Origin: an uncultured bacterium
GTDB taxonomy: Bacteria; Patescibacteriota; Patescibacteriia; CAIQCM01
DNA: 64,000 bases
Direction of reading: 5' to 3'
NCBI GenBank assembly: GCA_963708045.1
Contig: OY970181.1
Coordinates: 387,740-451,739, forward strand
The notes below the pieces were generated by a model. The model saw only the letters and a list, made by a program, of their open reading frames with translations, was not told the DNA's origin and did not search any database. Below are positions 1 through 9,128 of this stretch, piece by piece (positions within the stretch are counted from its first letter, which is position 1; the number at the start of each line of letters is the position of its first letter). A program made the translations under genes and the position numbers.

Positions 1-10
1 CTATTTTGCA

Positions 11-667
11 GTGGCGATTGTTTTGCTTGGTGGTGCGTTCCGACATAATCCGCTTGATATAGCTCGGGATAAATCAGTGGTGAAGCCGGAGTTTGTTTGT
101 CGCGCCGAAGGCGACCAAACTTGTTGTTTGGCCAAGTTGGCAAAAAAACAGACGTCGCTTGATCTCAACTTCAAATTGCCGCCTGGTATGTTTACCGTGA
201 CAACCAGCGTGATGCCGGACAGCGTTGAACACTGCTACGTGTCTGAGGAGAGTTTTTTTGGTGAGCCAAACAGTTTAATTAGAAATTCGAATCGTTTTAT
301 TACAAATCCGGTTCGCAGTATCTTTGTTGAACATAGTTTCGGGCTCGTTGATAAAAGCGGGCATACTCACGCGGGGACAGACTTTGAGTCTGAACCCAAC
401 GAGGATGTTAAGGCGGGGGTTGCCGGAACTGTATCGGTCGGAAAGACGCCACGGGGGGAAAGTTTTGTGACGGTGCACGGCGACGGCAAGCAGGGGGTAA
501 AGGATGTTACCTACATTCGTCTTTCGTCGGTCGCTGTTTCCGACGGCGACAAAGTGGAGGCCGGCAAGGTGATTGCCAAGACGGGAAGCGATGACAACCT
601 GCACGTTCAAGTGACAAATCCACAAGGCAAAACCATCAACCCTTGCTCAGTAATGGAGTGTCAGTAG
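11..667 (+). CDS. M23 (LytM) peptidase-domain protein, probably degenerate; may begin upstream of the window
   Basis: HAGTDF and V..GDKVEAGKVIAKTG motifs; HxH site reads NLH and Y.HL reads YIRL; frame is open to the window edge. Confidence 0.7.
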   Translation: MAIVLLGGAFRHNPLDIARDKSVVKPEFVCRAEGDQTCCLAKLAKKQTSLDLNFKLPPGMFTVTTSVMPDSVEHCYVSEESFFGEPNSLIRNSNRFITNPVRSIFVEHSFGLVDKSGHTHAGTDFESEPNEDVKAGVAGTVSVGKTPRGESFVTVHGDGKQGVKDVTYIRLSSVAVSDGDKVEAGKVIAKTGSDDNLHVQVTNPQGKTINPCSVMECQ

Positions 668-669
668 TT

Positions 670-1011
670 ATGACAAACGAAGGCGGACACACAAGTTTGG
701 AAAACGCTGATTTACCGAGCGAGGATCAAGCACGGAACGAGGGAGTTAGTGGTTTGGCCATTGGAGCGTTCATATTCGTGTTGCTTGCATTCATTATGTC
801 GGCCGTAGATAAAGGAGGTGATCATCGCGGTTGGTCTCCAACCGAGACGATCGAATGCTGGAACCGGCGACAGCGGGTTTTTGGGCGAGTGAACGCCGAA
901 GCGCTCAAGGCAGAATCGTCTGCCAAACGCGGAGTAAGTCCATCGGGACTCCTCCGCGTTTTATTTTTAAAAAATCGTCTCAATTTAGAGCAAATAAAAT
1001 GTCTAATCTAA
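670..1011 (+). CDS. small hypothetical membrane protein; 3' part doubtful
   Basis: ATG just after the M23 stop; one hydrophobic helix (LAIGAFIFVLLAFIM); the ORF runs through a terminator-like hairpin. Confidence 0.35.
   Translation: MTNEGGHTSLENADLPSEDQARNEGVSGLAIGAFIFVLLAFIMSAVDKGGDHRGWSPTETIECWNRRQRVFGRVNAEALKAESSAKRGVSPSGLLRVLFLKNRLNLEQIKCLI
925..962 (+). terminator. terminator-like hairpin, copy 1
   Basis: aaacgcggag-taagtccatcgggact-cctccgcgtttt; near-identical to 2605-2646. Confidence 0.6.
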
Positions 1012-1034
1012 GCCATTTAATTAGTATAAAATAC

Positions 1035-1063
1035 TTGACAAAATCATAAGGATGTGTTATTAT
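1035..1063 (+). promoter_or_regulatory. sigma70-type promoter
   Basis: TTGACA-N17-TATTAT with TG before the -10. Confidence 0.65.
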
Positions 1064-1069
1064 ATTTTG

Positions 1070-1195
1070 TTGACAATTGAGGGAGAGAGACCCGAGGCCA
1101 ATGGGAAAAAATGGCCACCTGATTCAGGCATAAGCCTAATCAAAGGACGCATTTGTTGTTGTCTCTAAAGACGAATACAAATGCGTCCTTTTTAT
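1070..1195 (+). ncRNA. candidate small RNA of about 125 nt
   Basis: lies between the consensus promoter and a strong U-tailed hairpin (1142-1193); short internal hairpins; only a 10-codon ATG ORF. Confidence 0.35.
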
Positions 1196-1594
1196 TTTCT
1201 ACGGGCGACGTGCAACGTGCCACGTGCCAAATCGCGACGACAGATGAGGAGAGGGAACGCTTGAGCAAACTCGCCTTCGGCGATCAGGCTCGGCGCGGCA
1301 TAAGGCCAGATTTTGATCGGCTAACCCTGATCAACTTCAGCCCCAAGCCATTAACGGTGCTCGCTCCGGCGAAACACCTTCATTCCCTTTCTAATCCGTC
1401 GTCGTGAAAAAATTTAAACACTCTACTCATTGACCTATTAAAAGATGGTTTTGCTTGCAGAACTATCTTCAGAGGGGTCAACGCTGTGGTGGTGTTGAAC
1501 TTGTTCTCTGAAACTCCCATGTTGAGTCGCGCCGTAGTGGCGCAAAAAATATGGGCACCGTGTGACTCGGTGTTGCTCTTGAAAGGAGTAAGTC

Positions 1595-2068
1595 ATGTTC
1601 ATGAAAAATGAAATTCAAATTTGTCTCCTGCGAAGCCATTTTGACAGGGTCTGTTTTGCTGGTTTCGCAAAAAAAGAAAACACAGATAATGTTCTGGCGT
1701 GGGAAAGGCAATTCTGTACCTCCTATGATGGGGGTGGAAATTTTCATAACCCTACGACCGTTGTGTCTGTGATTATCTTCTTGAGTGGAGCGCACACCGG
1801 CGAAAAATGGGTTCTTATTTCACCCTGGGGGAAACTTAAGGGCGAGCCCGATACCTACCACAAAGAACTTTTCGACTCAGATCAATTTGTTGATCCACGA
1901 GACCTCGTGGCTGATGCGCTCAATAGTCACGAGAGGAGGGGAGACATAGACGGCTTATCAAAGATTGACCCTAAGCGCGTCCCGGCCGTTTTTGCCGAGC
2001 CGCTTCAGAGAGCCGTCAGAGAAGTCAAAGCAAACTTCGGTCAGGGCGGCGACTTCTTCGGCCAATAG
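1595..2068 (+). CDS. hypothetical protein
   Basis: 157-aa ORF preceded by an SD (aaaggag). Confidence 0.55.
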   Translation: MFMKNEIQICLLRSHFDRVCFAGFAKKENTDNVLAWERQFCTSYDGGGNFHNPTTVVSVIIFLSGAHTGEKWVLISPWGKLKGEPDTYHKELFDSDQFVDPRDLVADALNSHERRGDIDGLSKIDPKRVPAVFAEPLQRAVREVKANFGQGGDFFGQ

Positions 2069-2111
2069 TGATTGCAAAACACAAACATCGAGTTCGGATA
2101 AGGAGATTTCC

Positions 2112-2585
2112 ATGTCTAAGTACAGTGTTCTGGTTTCAATTCTCAGTCTCGCTATGGTAGCCGGTTGCAAACATGATCGTCCGGCAGTTTCACCACCTCC
2201 AAAGGGTGCGGAGACAGTCGTGGACTGTCAGGTCGCAAACGGACTGGCATACGTAACGCTTTACGGAGATTCCATGCTAACTGGGTTTTCGACGAACGAT
2301 GGCCTCTTTGGTCAGGCGAACATTCACGGCGAAGACGCAACCATCCTTTGTCTCGTCGGCGATGCCACCAATTGGAAACCTATCAAAGATACAACCGGTA
2401 TCTACTGCACGAAGATGAATGAGAAGCGGCAGTTCGTCTATACCGTTCGGGTGGATGACGTTGCTCGCGTGTTCAACTTCGGTGATTTCAACAGCAAGCC
2501 TGTTCGTTGGGTTCTCAGCGATCGCGTGACGGTAACCGGCGAATGCGGTTACTACGTGTATCACGGCGGGTTCGTTAAGAGATAG
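2112..2585 (+). CDS. putative lipoprotein
   Basis: SD aaggag; signal peptide MSKYSVLVSILSLAMVAG-C with lipobox. Confidence 0.7.
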   Translation: MSKYSVLVSILSLAMVAGCKHDRPAVSPPPKGAETVVDCQVANGLAYVTLYGDSMLTGFSTNDGLFGQANIHGEDATILCLVGDATNWKPIKDTTGIYCTKMNEKRQFVYTVRVDDVARVFNFGDFNSKPVRWVLSDRVTVTGECGYYVYHGGFVKR

Positions 2586-2604
2586 CGTCACAACCTCACA
2601 ATCG

Positions 2605-2646
2605 AAAAACGCGGAGTAAGTCCATCGGGACCCTCCGCGTTTTTTA
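2605..2646 (+). terminator. terminator-like hairpin, copy 2
   Basis: aaaaacgcggag-taagtccatcgggac-cctccgcgtttttt just after the lipoprotein stop. Confidence 0.65.
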
Positions 2647-2691
2647 AAACCTCCCATCTTTACGCGGTCGCGCCAAGATGGGAGGTTTTGT

Positions 2692-3474
2692 TTATTGTTC
2701 GTTTCGCGCGAGGTGGTGGGGGATACCTTCGGCGTAAAGTTTTTGAATTGCTTGGGCGGTCGTTGCACCGCTGTATAAGCGAACTTGGTCTAGTGTCCCC
2801 ACAAAACCATTTACGCCGGAAGAATTATCAGCCCCAATGGTAAATACATGATTGATCACGCTTGCACTAGGACCGGTGGTAAACTCCAAGGCTCCATCAA
2901 CATAACCTTTTATTGAAGTGCTGTCACCTGTTACGACGACAAAATGCCAATTACCGTCGTTAAATTTCCTTGTTCCTGTATAACAGTTAACCGTATCGCA
3001 CATCCTTAGCTTTCCACTGTTGTCTGTTCCGATTGGTTGCCCACCGTTGCCACTACCGGGAGAAAAAATCCATTGATAAGCACCTGTTGATGTTGTTTTA
3101 AGCCAAAGTGAAGAGGTAAAAGAATTAAGCGAGACAGTAAGTGAATTTGCAGTATCAATATGTGTACCATTAAAATATATCGCATTTCCAAAAATACCTG
3201 TTGTATATGTTGAACCGTTGATTGTACCGCCAAGCGTTCCATTATTTCCATTCCCCGATGCGTCAATGATTGTTGTGCCGCTTGTTTCGTCTAATCCCCA
3301 ATCACCAACAATTCGGTCGCCAAGGCCTTGGTAAATATTGACGTCTGATTGTTGCCCCACAGCAAGGCGTGCTTTGCTCCGCGCGGTCGTTAAGGAAACA
3401 ACGGCAATTGTTGAAAGCAGGCCGATTATCGCAATGACGACCAAGAGCTCAATTAAAGTAAAAGCGCGTTTCAT
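2692..3474 (-). CDS. type IV pilin-like protein with LamG/concanavalin-like domain
   Basis: prepilin motif MKRA/FTLIELLVVIAIIGLL; DASGNGNNGT, WHFVVVT and GTLDQVRLY LamG signatures. Confidence 0.88.
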   Translation of the reverse strand: MKRAFTLIELLVVIAIIGLLSTIAVVSLTTARSKARLAVGQQSDVNIYQGLGDRIVGDWGLDETSGTTIIDASGNGNNGTLGGTINGSTYTTGIFGNAIYFNGTHIDTANSLTVSLNSFTSSLWLKTTSTGAYQWIFSPGSGNGGQPIGTDNSGKLRMCDTVNCYTGTRKFNDGNWHFVVVTGDSTSIKGYVDGALEFTTGPSASVINHVFTIGADNSSGVNGFVGTLDQVRLYSGATTAQAIQKLYAEGIPHHLARNEQ

Positions 3475-3497
3475 TGTATTACGGGTAAAGCGCTAAT

Positions 3498-4919
3498 TTA
3501 GAGCGCGCCTTTTCTGCCGATCACGGCAAAGGGAGTTTTAAGGAGAATGATGATGTCGGTTAAAAGTGACCAATGTTCAATGTAAAAATTATCCAAGCGC
3601 ACCTCGTCGGCAAAAGGAATGTTTGACCGTCCAGAAATTTGTGCGAGACCGGTAATGCCCGGGTGAACAGCGAGAACGCGCCGTTCGTGCGATTCGTATT
3701 TTTCCACTTCGCGCGGTTGGTGCGGACGCGGACCCACGAGCGACATCGTGCCACTTAGAACATTAAAAAGTTGCGGTAGTTCGTCCAATGATGTTTCGCG
3801 GATAAAACGTCCAACCTTGGTAACGCGCGGGTCGTCTTTAATTTTAAAGACTGGTCCGGTTTTGATATTTTTTTCTTCAATCAATTTTCTTTCAATTTCC
3901 AAAGCTTTTTCGCCGCCAAATTCCGCGCCCGTAGAAAGTTCGGCAAACATTGAGCGAAATTTAAAAAGCATAAAGCGTTTGCCGTGCTTGCCAATGCGCT
4001 CGTTTTTATAAATGATTGGTCCTTTTGAATTTAATTTAACCGCGATCGCGACCGCAAGAAGAACGGGGGAGAGTAGAATAATTAAAATGAAAGCGCCGAT
4101 AATATCAAAAATACGTTTGGCAATCATTCCCCAGCCTTCAAGCGAGGTGCGGCGAACTTCCACGACTGGCACGCCGCCAACCATCATCGTTTCTATGGAA
4201 GCGCGCTCCGTGCCAAGCAGATCGGCGACGTAACGGAAATCAAGATGATTGTCTACGACAAAGTTTTGAATAGAAAGAATTTTGTCGCGCGGAAAAGTCG
4301 GGTCGGCGATAATGAGCCCGTCTATCAGGTTGCGCTCGCGCATAGCGGCGAGGTCAGCGCGCGTTTGTTCGTCCCAGCGCGGGAAGTGAGCGACAATTTT
4401 ACTTGTCCAACGGAATTGCGAAAGAAAAGTTTTTTCTATGGCATCGCCTGCGACCGATTGTCCGACAAGCGCGAAACGGGTAATGCCAATGCCGGAACGA
4501 GTGAGCAGGTGGCGAACGAAACGAAGAACGGTGCGCAGCGCCAAAACAAAAAATATCGCAAAGACCCAAGCGGCGATAATAATAAAGCGCGAGGCAAAAT
4601 ATTGCCGCTGGAAAAATATTGAAACAATGACAATCGCAATGCCGGTTGAGGAGGCGAGAATGATTCTTGGAAATTCCGATGCCATCCGCCTACGCACGCG
4701 CGGGGAATAGAGGCCGGCGATTGTAAAAACAATAATAAAAACCAGAGCAAAAAAGGCGACGCTCGCGAAGAAGTCGGCGGGCGAGATGGTTGTTGTCGTT
4801 GGAAGGGTTTCGGCAAACGGTCCAAAACGGAGCGAATAAGCGGCCAGCGCGGCTAAAACTAGCGCGGCGTAGTCAAGCGGCACAAGCACGCCGAGAAAAA
4901 ACAAATCAAGTCGTTTCAT
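3498..4919 (-). CDS. polyprenyl-phosphate glycosylphosphotransferase (WcaJ/WbaP-like sugar transferase)
   Basis: N-terminal TM helices; KRIFDI, FKFRSM, DDPRVTKVGRFIRETSLDELPQL, MSLVGPRP, PGITGLAQ. Confidence 0.93.
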   Translation of the reverse strand: MKRLDLFFLGVLVPLDYAALVLAALAAYSLRFGPFAETLPTTTTISPADFFASVAFFALVFIIVFTIAGLYSPRVRRRMASEFPRIILASSTGIAIVIVSIFFQRQYFASRFIIIAAWVFAIFFVLALRTVLRFVRHLLTRSGIGITRFALVGQSVAGDAIEKTFLSQFRWTSKIVAHFPRWDEQTRADLAAMRERNLIDGLIIADPTFPRDKILSIQNFVVDNHLDFRYVADLLGTERASIETMMVGGVPVVEVRRTSLEGWGMIAKRIFDIIGAFILIILLSPVLLAVAIAVKLNSKGPIIYKNERIGKHGKRFMLFKFRSMFAELSTGAEFGGEKALEIERKLIEEKNIKTGPVFKIKDDPRVTKVGRFIRETSLDELPQLFNVLSGTMSLVGPRPHQPREVEKYESHERRVLAVHPGITGLAQISGRSNIPFADEVRLDNFYIEHWSLLTDIIILLKTPFAVIGRKGAL

Positions 4920-4970
4920 ATAATCTAATAATATAGGATTGGACGGAAAAGGTTAAGGCGATCTGTCTTC

Positions 4971-5215
4971 GCCCCTCTTTGCAAAAGAGGGGAGTTCGTT
5001 TTGTCATAAATAACTTTAACGTAATAAAACAGAACTCTCCCTACCCTCCCTTTTACCAAAGGGAGGACTAATATTTTTCGCGCCCTTGTCACTCTCTTTG
5101 CAAAAAAGATTTAATTTGAGAATTTTGTTTTTGCCCGTTCTTTGCGAAATGATGTGCTTATAATCTGTAACCAATCTTTGCCCACTCTTTGCAAAAGAGG
5201 GGGTAGGGGGAGTTC
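4971..5215. repeat. cluster of ccctctttgcaaaagagggg-type palindromes (REP-like)
   Basis: four related short palindromes at about 4972, 5045, 5092 and 5181. Confidence 0.6.
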
Positions 5216-5306
5216 GTTTTTCGCGATAGCGCTTTCCCGTGAACGAGGCGTGGTAGTTTGTTAACGATTAAAAAACAAACCTCCCCGAGAGGAAGGTTTG
5301 TTTTTT

Positions 5307-5750
5307 GTCCGTGCGTCTATAAGCCGAATTCTGTCATCAAGTTTGCTTTCGCAAAATTGAGCAATGGTTATCTATCTGGGATTCATATTGCTATGAACCT
5401 CAAGCGGCCGTACGGCCTTGCACCGAATAGGTGTTTGCACCGGCTGTCATCTCTGACAGTCCCGCGTGAGCTCTTACCTCACGATTTCACCCTTGCTTCT
5501 CCCGTTAAGGAGGTTAGCGGTATGTTTCTGTTGCGTTCCCTTAAGCGTTGCCGTCTAAGGGATACCTTATCTTGCGATAAGACTTTCCGTGGGCTTGGGA
5601 AAAAATTTCTCTCGCGAGAGGCGAAATCATTTCTTGCTCCCCGCCGCTGTTAGCGGCTATTACTTGCCTTACGCCTTGCGGCATAAGAGGTGTTCGGACT
5701 TTCCTAATCAATTCAAATAAATGAATTGAGCAACCATCCGACGCGCGGAC
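5307..5750 (-). ncRNA. rnpB: RNase P RNA
   Basis: minus strand has AGGAAAGTCC and ACAGAATTCGGCTTA (P4 halves), ACAGAAA and GGTGAAA; ends pair as P1; promoter TTGACT-N17-TATATT upstream; terminator at 5270-5306. Confidence 0.95.
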
Positions 5751-5912
5751 AATGGTGAATATAGCCCATTTTTATGGAAAAGTCAAGGTCTCCGATGTGC
5801 CATATCTGCCCGAGAATGTTTATCGTTCATTGTTCATTGTTCATTCAAGTAATATAATGATTAACGGTTCGGGTCTTGATTTTTTGTTTAAAACGCGCTA
5901 ATATCGTTGGTT

Positions 5913-7877
5913 ATGAAATTTCCAAAATTTGAAGGAAAACAAATCTTGATTTCTTTGGCTTGCGGCGTGCTCGCGGCGGCGTTCATTCTCCTTGGTGTTT
6001 TTGGAACCTCCGAACGCCGAATTCATGATTTTCTTTATCACGCGCGCCAACCGCAACCGGACATTGTCATTGTCGCAATTGATGACGCTTCGTTACAAAC
6101 CGTTGGCCGCTGGATGTGGGATCGCGCTACGTTTGTAAAACTATTAAGCAATCTCGCGCCCGCAAAAATAATCGGGCTAGATATAAATTTTCCCGAAAGC
6201 TCGCCCACGCCAAACGCTGACGCGTCACTCGCGGCAATAATTTCCTCGCTCGGCAAAGTTGTTTTGCCGACCGACATAACTTACTTGGCTGATAATAAAA
6301 CTGTGGCGCATGCGACGACGCCAATCCCATTGCTTGCAAGCGCGGCTGTTGCTATCGCGCACACGAGCGTGCTCCCTGATCTTGATGGTATTTTACGACG
6401 TTTGCCGCTTGTTGTTTCGGCGCCCGATGGCAATACCTATCACGCCCTTGGGGAGATTGTTGCTCGTCGCGCTGGCGCTCGCGTAGAAAATTATCCGTTG
6501 GATGCTAAAGGGATGATGCTTGTTCCATATTCTGGCGCGCCTGGACGCATCCGTACCGTTTCCGCCGCTGACGTTCTTTCCGGCCGCTTGCCGCCCGAGT
6601 CTTTCCGAAATCAAATCGTGATGGTCGGCGGCACCTCGGCGATTTTTCGCGACCAGTATCGCGTCCCGACTTCGTCGGGCGCGCTAATGTCTGGCGTTGA
6701 AGTGCAAGCCAATCTTGCCGACGCTTTTCTTTCGGGAAATTTTTTCTATGAAGTCTCACCGTTTCTTGCCGCGCTCATTTGTTTATTGCTCTTGTTTGTT
6801 GTCGGCATAATTTTTGCCGCGGCGCGAACGCGAACGGCGATAATTTTTACGGTTGCAATTTTTGTCGCTTACTTTGTCGCTTACGGCGTCTCGGCTTTCT
6901 TTGGATATTTTTTACCAATAATAAATATCGCGCTCGCGCTGCTGCTTGCGTGCGTTTCGCTCATAATTTTCCGCTACGCAAAAATGACCACCGAGCGGCG
7001 CCATCTGCGGTCGGCTTTTGAAAAATATGTTGCCCCGTCGGTTATTAATTCGGTAATGGCGCATCCGGAAAAATTAGCGCTTTCGGGCGAACGCCGCAAA
7101 ATGTCGGTGCTTTTTACCGATCTCCGCGGCTTTACTACTCTTTCCGAAAAATTAAATCCGTCCGACATTATCAAAATTTTAAACGGTTACCTGAACGCAA
7201 TGACGGAAATAATTTTTGACGAACATGGCGTCGTGGACAAATATATGGGTGATTCCATAATGGCTTTTTGGGGCGCGCCGATTGACGATCCGCATCATGC
7301 CGAACGGGCGATTCGCGCCGCCATCCGAATGCGCGACCGGGTAAACGAGCTTAATCATTCTGACTATTTCGGCGCTGGCGTCACGCTTCGGGCCGGGGTT
7401 GGCGTTTCCACGGGCGAAATGATTGTTGGTAATATGGGCTCCAATCGCCGCTTTGACTATACGGTTATTGGCGACACCGTTAATCTTGGTTCACGCGTTG
7501 AAGGTCTCAACAAAACTTACGGCACGGAAATTCTCGTTACCGAAGAAACGGTTAAAGGTTTGCCGCACGACTATATTGTTCGTCAGCTTGACCGTGTCGC
7601 CGTAAAAGGGAAAAACGAACCAGTGCGGATTTATGAAGTTATTGGTTTTCGTCAGCACGCCGCGCCGGAAGTGATGGATAAACTTGATCGTTTTGCGCGG
7701 GCGCTCGCGCGCTATGAAGCGCGCGATTTTCACGGGGCGTTTATTCAGTTTGGTGATATTCTCGCCTTAAATCCGTCCGACGCGCCGTCCAATGTTTTTT
7801 GGGAACGCTCAAAATATTTTATGGAAAACCCGCCGCCCGCCGATTGGAACGGAGCGTGGGTGATGATTACTAAATAG
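5913..7877 (+). CDS. CHASE2-domain adenylate/guanylate cyclase
   Basis: IVIVAIDDASL..GRW.WDR, DLDGILRR, TM helices, VLFTDLRGFT, VDKYMGDSIMAFWGAP, YTVIGDTVNLGSRVEG, VKGK. Confidence 0.93.
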   Translation: MKFPKFEGKQILISLACGVLAAAFILLGVFGTSERRIHDFLYHARQPQPDIVIVAIDDASLQTVGRWMWDRATFVKLLSNLAPAKIIGLDINFPESSPTPNADASLAAIISSLGKVVLPTDITYLADNKTVAHATTPIPLLASAAVAIAHTSVLPDLDGILRRLPLVVSAPDGNTYHALGEIVARRAGARVENYPLDAKGMMLVPYSGAPGRIRTVSAADVLSGRLPPESFRNQIVMVGGTSAIFRDQYRVPTSSGALMSGVEVQANLADAFLSGNFFYEVSPFLAALICLLLLFVVGIIFAAARTRTAIIFTVAIFVAYFVAYGVSAFFGYFLPIINIALALLLACVSLIIFRYAKMTTERRHLRSAFEKYVAPSVINSVMAHPEKLALSGERRKMSVLFTDLRGFTTLSEKLNPSDIIKILNGYLNAMTEIIFDEHGVVDKYMGDSIMAFWGAPIDDPHHAERAIRAAIRMRDRVNELNHSDYFGAGVTLRAGVGVSTGEMIVGNMGSNRRFDYTVIGDTVNLGSRVEGLNKTYGTEILVTEETVKGLPHDYIVRQLDRVAVKGKNEPVRIYEVIGFRQHAAPEVMDKLDRFARALARYEARDFHGAFIQFGDILALNPSDAPSNVFWERSKYFMENPPPADWNGAWVMITK

Positions 7878-7907
7878 GTGTTAGGGGTTAGCGTTTAGGG
7901 TTTAGTT

Positions 7908-7945
7908 AAAAAAATTCTCCCCGCCAGAGGCGGGGAGAATTTTTT
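7908..7945. terminator. bidirectional terminator between the cyclase gene and trpS
   Basis: aaaaaattctccccgcc-aga-ggcggggagaatttttt. Confidence 0.8.
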
Positions 7946-7949
7946 ATGG

Positions 7950-8045
7950 CGTCATTCCGAACCCGTGATGTTGTTTTGTCTAGGGTGAGGAACCTCAAGG
8001 CAGGAATTGAGACGTTGAGATCCCTCGCTCGCGCTCGGGATGACG
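7950..8045 (+). repeat. CGTC-tagged ~100-bp palindromic repeat, copy A
   Basis: cgtcattccga...tcgggatgacg termini; internal gaggaa and gagacgttgagatccctcg. Confidence 0.85.
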
Positions 8046-8049
8046 ACGA

Positions 8050-9036
8050 TTAAAACCCTATTTTCTCCCTCACCATTTTCATCGTCTCTTCGGCCTTGGC
8101 GCGGGCGCGCTTGCCGCCGGCGGCAAAAACTTTTTTAACATAATTTGGATTTTTAAGAAGTTCGGCGCGCCGCGTTCTAAAGTCGGCAAAGTAAGCGATA
8201 ATGTGGTCGGCAACGGCGTCCTTGAGTTCGCTGTAGCGAATTGAACCATCGGCGTACTCGCGTTCAAACTTTTTAACTTCATCGGCTGGACCGAATTCGG
8301 TAAATAATTCAAAAAGGTTGCGAACGCCTGGCGGCATTGTGCCCGCGACTGCAGCGGTGGCGGTTACGGCTTTTCTTACCTTAGCGCGAATTTCATCGGG
8401 GGAGTCAGTAAGGAAGATCGCCGAATTGGCGACCGACTTGGACATTTTTCTTTCCGGAAAATTTAGCGACATCACGCGCGCTGTTTTGGTAAGTAGTGGT
8501 TTTGGTTCGGCAAAGGTTTCGCCAAAACGGTTGTTCCAAAAACGGGCAATGTCGCGAGTAAGTTCAACGTGCTGGACCTGATCCTCGCCAACCGGCACGC
8601 GGTTGCCGCCGTAGATAAGAATGTCGGCGGCCTGGAGGACGGGGTAATTCATTAGTCCGGCGTTGACGCTTTTTTCTTTGGCCACATAATCCTTGTACTG
8701 TGTCATCCGCTCCAAAAACGCGACCGGCGTAACGTTTTCAAACATCCAGCAGAGCTCGGTTGTTTCCGGAACGTCCTTCTGGAAAAAGAGTGTAACTTTT
8801 TTTGGATCAAGTCCGAGCGCCAGCAGATCAACAGCCATATCTGCCGCATAGGCTTTATAATTTATAAATTCTTCGTGCTGGGTCATTGCGTGATAGTCGG
8901 CAATGAAAACATACATGCGTCCGGAATATTCTTTTTGCAGATCAACAAGTTGACGAAGCATTCCCAAATAAGTGCCAAGGTGCGCAACGCCTGTTGGTTT
9001 TAGACCGGTAACAATAGTTTCTTTGTCGTTTGGCAT
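8050..9036 (-). CDS. trpS: tryptophan--tRNA ligase
   Basis: TGLKPTG..HLG, YPVLQAADIL, VPVGEDQVQHVELTRDIA, KMSKS. Confidence 0.97.
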   Translation of the reverse strand: MPNDKETIVTGLKPTGVAHLGTYLGMLRQLVDLQKEYSGRMYVFIADYHAMTQHEEFINYKAYAADMAVDLLALGLDPKKVTLFFQKDVPETTELCWMFENVTPVAFLERMTQYKDYVAKEKSVNAGLMNYPVLQAADILIYGGNRVPVGEDQVQHVELTRDIARFWNNRFGETFAEPKPLLTKTARVMSLNFPERKMSKSVANSAIFLTDSPDEIRAKVRKAVTATAAVAGTMPPGVRNLFELFTEFGPADEVKKFEREYADGSIRYSELKDAVADHIIAYFADFRTRRAELLKNPNYVKKVFAAGGKRARAKAEETMKMVREKIGF

Positions 9037-9128
9037 AATCAAAAGATAGAGATAAGAATGTGGGTATTATACCGGCCTCTTGACAAAAAACCAAGTTTAG
9101 TGTAAATTAAGCGGTTAAATATAAACCT

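Noticed and set aside
5258-5653. 131-aa ORF as a real gene
   Set aside because: It is an antisense shadow of the RNase P RNA.
7875-7905. Eukaryotic telomere (TTTAGGG) contamination
   Set aside because: Only a few degenerate units, embedded between bacterial genes, and part of a wider set of heptamer arrays.
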